Shown here: positions 45,243 through 47,270 of the stretch, one piece after another
Numbering within the stretch: the first letter of the stretch is position 1
How the letters are laid out: every line of letters starts with the position of its first letter
Origin: an uncultured Anaerolineaceae bacterium
GTDB lineage: Bacteria; Chloroflexota; Anaerolineae; Anaerolineales; E44-bin32
DNA length: 47,270 nt
Direction: 5' to 3'
Assembly: GCA_964570595.1 (NCBI GenBank)
Contig: CAZMZL010000003.1
Coordinates: 1 to 47,270 of the forward strand
Program-made: the position numbers and the translations under genes
The notes under the pieces: model-generated
What the model saw: only the letters and a program-made list of their open reading frames with translations
What the model was told of the DNA's origin: nothing
Database searches by the model: none

Positions 45243-46406
45243 ATGCCGATGACATCTCGAGATCGTGTGCTGATGACGCTCAATCATGAGGAACCGGACC
45301 GGGTCCCCATTGTCATCGGTGTCAGCAACGCAACCGGTATCAAGATGGAGGTCTTCCGCAAGTACAAAGCGCTGCTGGGAATCCGAACGGAGGATAGATA
45401 CCTCTATGACTGGCCCGAACTTGGTACCGCAGCGCCCGGAGAGGAGGCGATGCTGCGTTTACGAAGCGATGTTCGCGGTGTTCTGGACGCGCATCCTGCC
45501 AAGGTGCTGGAGCGAAACCAAACCCGTGAACCGGGCAGCCCTTTCATCGAATCCTGGGGGATCGGTCAGGTTGAGATTGAACCCGGTGTGTGGTTCCCGG
45601 GGCTGCATCCATTGGGGGATGCAAAACGCGTTGAAGATCTCGAAGCATATGAAGGCTGGCCGGATCCCGGCGACCGCAGTCGAGTAGCCCATGTTAAAGC
45701 ACAAGCAGAAGCTCTTGTTCGGGATGGCGAATATGCCATCATGGCGACGCCGTGGCTGCTGTTTCCACTCGAACGCGCCTTCGGGCTTCAAGGTATGGAC
45801 GTCTTCATGCTCAACCTGGCCATGGATCCGGAGTTTGCCAGGGCATTGCTCCTTAAGGTTGTCGAATATTGCAAGGGGCTTATGGCCACTTTCCTCGAGG
45901 AACTCGGCGACAATGTGGACATCATCAAAATCGGGGACGACCTCGGGACGCAGACGAGTCTTCTCATCTCTCCGAAGATGTACCGCGAGATTCTAAAGCC
46001 GATCCATGCCGATTACATCGCCTTCATCAAGGATCACACCCGTGCGAAGGTCTTCTTTCATACCGACGGGGATGTGTTTCCATTGATTGAAGACTTCATC
46101 GAAATCGGCGTCGATATTCTCAATCCAATTCAGACATCGGCCGGGAGCATGGCAGATCTCCCCGGATTGAAGAAACGCTACGGCTCCGAGATCGTGTTTT
46201 GTGGCGCGGTCGATACTCATCAAATCCTGCCGTATGGGACGCCGGAGCAAGTCCGCCAGGAGGTCCGGCGGGTGATCGAAACCCTGGGACCTGGTGGAGG
46301 CTACATGGTGTCTTCGGTGCATACCATCATGAATGATATTCCCCCGGATAACATCGTCGCAATGGTGGAAGCCGTGGAGGAATTTGGAAAGTATCCGTTG
46401 GTGTAA
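45243..46406 (+). CDS. Uroporphyrinogen decarboxylase (URO-D) family protein (MtaA/CmuA-like methyltransferase or decarboxylase paralogue)
   Basis: TSRDRVLMTLNHEEPDRVPI start, IKIGDDLGTQ and FHTDGDV....D.IEIGVDILNPIQ are typical of non-HemE URO-D family members. Confidence 0.8.
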   Translation: MPMTSRDRVLMTLNHEEPDRVPIVIGVSNATGIKMEVFRKYKALLGIRTEDRYLYDWPELGTAAPGEEAMLRLRSDVRGVLDAHPAKVLERNQTREPGSPFIESWGIGQVEIEPGVWFPGLHPLGDAKRVEDLEAYEGWPDPGDRSRVAHVKAQAEALVRDGEYAIMATPWLLFPLERAFGLQGMDVFMLNLAMDPEFARALLLKVVEYCKGLMATFLEELGDNVDIIKIGDDLGTQTSLLISPKMYREILKPIHADYIAFIKDHTRAKVFFHTDGDVFPLIEDFIEIGVDILNPIQTSAGSMADLPGLKKRYGSEIVFCGAVDTHQILPYGTPEQVRQEVRRVIETLGPGGGYMVSSVHTIMNDIPPDNIVAMVEAVEEFGKYPLV

Positions 46407-46735
46407 AATGCGGATTGATCAGAGATGAATATAGGAACAGGCGCCAAGGGAGGTGGCAATGAGGGGTTATGGGGCATGTCTTGAAGGCGGTAGCCTTGGG
46501 CTACATCCGGGTTATTCATTGTAATTTCATCATGAAAGGCGGCCCCTACGGGAAGACATGATCCTTCGGTCTGTGCAGGGGGGACCCGTAAGTTCGCCCA
46601 TCCTTAAACCAGATCATCCTCCTGCTTCTGGCTTATCTTCCCCTGGGGACCATCCCGGCTCTTTTGGGATGATTTACCCTTCCCCTCACCTTCATACCTC
46701 GAAAACAAACATCTTTTTATCCCGGTGAATGAAAG

Positions 46736-46772
46736 CCCCTCTCCTTTCCAGGGAGAGGGGTTGGGGTGAGGG
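46736..46772. repeat. REP-like hairpin CCCCTCTCC-N7-GGAGAGGGG followed by TTGGGGTGAGGG
   Basis: Perfect 9-bp stem read directly. The GGAGAGGGG..GGGGTGAGGG word resembles an extragenic palindromic element I have seen in many bacterial intergenic regions. Only one copy is present here. It lies about 100 nt past the stop of the minus-strand gene at 46868. Confidence 0.4.
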
Positions 46773-46867
46773 TTGATTCATGCGTTCTCGAGATCACGGA
46801 TCCGGCGATGGATTTATCCGTTTTCTCCCATTTTTAAACAGCCCCTTCAAAATAAATTTACCGTTTC

Positions 46868-47270
46868 TCATGGCGTGAAATTCAAATTCTGACTCACGCA
46901 GGTTCCTGTCAAACCGGCTCCTGTGCAGACCTTGACATTGGCCTGCATCGGGTTCCCGGCCGGGTCGTAGATAAAGGTGTAGGCGTGTGCCCAACCGGTC
47001 TTGCCGGGATCGAGCTGGGGGATGGCCTGGACGATCGGGCACCCATTGGTCTCATCAAAGTTGTCGGCGGTGTTGTCTTGAACCGTGCTGGTCACGGTAT
47101 CGGTCACCTTAACATACGATGATTGAAAGGTCACATTCCCCGTATTCTTGATCTTGAAGGCAGGATCCCAGCCCACGCAGCCGTCCATGTAATCGTAGAC
47201 CACCGTGAAGCTGATTTTTGGTGTGGGGGTCGGGCGAGGGAGTCGTTCAGGGAGGCCCGTCCAATTGCCG
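46868..47270 (-). CDS. C-terminal part of a hypothetical secreted protein (Pro/Thr linker plus Cys-containing beta-rich domain), 5' end outside the window
   Basis: The minus-strand frame is open from the window edge: GNWTGLPERLPRPTPTPKISFTVVYDYMDGCVGWDPAFKIKNTGNVTF...CPIVQ...KVCTGAGLTGTCVSQNLNFTP*. I recognise no family. Confidence 0.45.
   Translation of the reverse strand, partial: GNWTGLPERLPRPTPTPKISFTVVYDYMDGCVGWDPAFKIKNTGNVTFQSSYVKVTDTVTSTVQDNTADNFDETNGCPIVQAIPQLDPGKTGWAHAYTFIYDPAGNPMQANVKVCTGAGLTGTCVSQNLNFTP

Noticed and set aside
1-47270. Search for CRISPR arrays, tRNA/rRNA genes, transposases, integrases, toxin-antitoxin pairs or known defence genes
   Set aside because: I saw no regularly spaced repeats, no tRNA cloverleaf candidates and no recombinase-like or nuclease/defence-like translations in any of the tracked ORFs. 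The window looks like core or accessory metabolic chromosome rather than a mobile or defence island.

Overview
This is a 47.3-kb, moderately GC-rich bacterial chromosomal window. I recognised no rRNA, tRNA, CRISPR array, transposase, integrase or phage gene. All calls come from reading the ORF translations and the DNA by eye; no database search was run. The window falls into six parts.

(1) 1-19.7 kb is a tightly packed plus-strand operon of about 19 genes. It encodes acid-sugar/cyclitol-type enzymes: Hyi/OtnI-like isomerase, IolB, a DapA-family aldolase, two Zn-MDR dehydrogenases, a UlaG-like lactonase, a GarR-like reductase, an ALDH, a 2-hydroxyacid dehydrogenase and a TIM-barrel isomerase. 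It also holds a four-cistron molybdenum hydroxylase whose Moco subunit is split (FAD / 2Fe-2S / L / M). The remaining genes are an AAA+(MoxR/AAA_5)-VWA pair, an unusually long divergent transketolase-family enzyme and a TauE/SafE anion exporter. I know of no described pathway with this composition, and it is my best candidate for an undescribed system.

(2) 19.8-21.2 kb holds a YdhR-like protein and a HAD hydrolase.

(3) 21.5-29.7 kb is an iron/metal homeostasis island. It contains a CDF exporter, an FTR1/EfeU permease, a minus-strand feoA / feoA-like / feoB / feoC / rhodanese-lipoprotein operon, a lipoprotein metallophosphoesterase and a DtxR-family regulator.

(4) 29.8-33.7 kb holds a PadR-HAAS pair, a GYD protein, and an MscS channel flanked by a 22-bp perfect direct repeat and a decayed VOC/glyoxalase gene.

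(5) 33.9-42.3 kb holds miscellaneous oxidoreductases, a lipid kinase, DinB, ICMT-like, SRPBCC and esterase genes. It also contains an untracked 56-codon membrane ORF preceded by a pseudoknot-like RNA structure.

(6) 42.5-47.3 kb holds an orphan XdhC, an MtaD-like amidohydrolase interrupted by a single in-frame TGA, a URO-D-family protein, a REP-like hairpin and a partial secreted protein.
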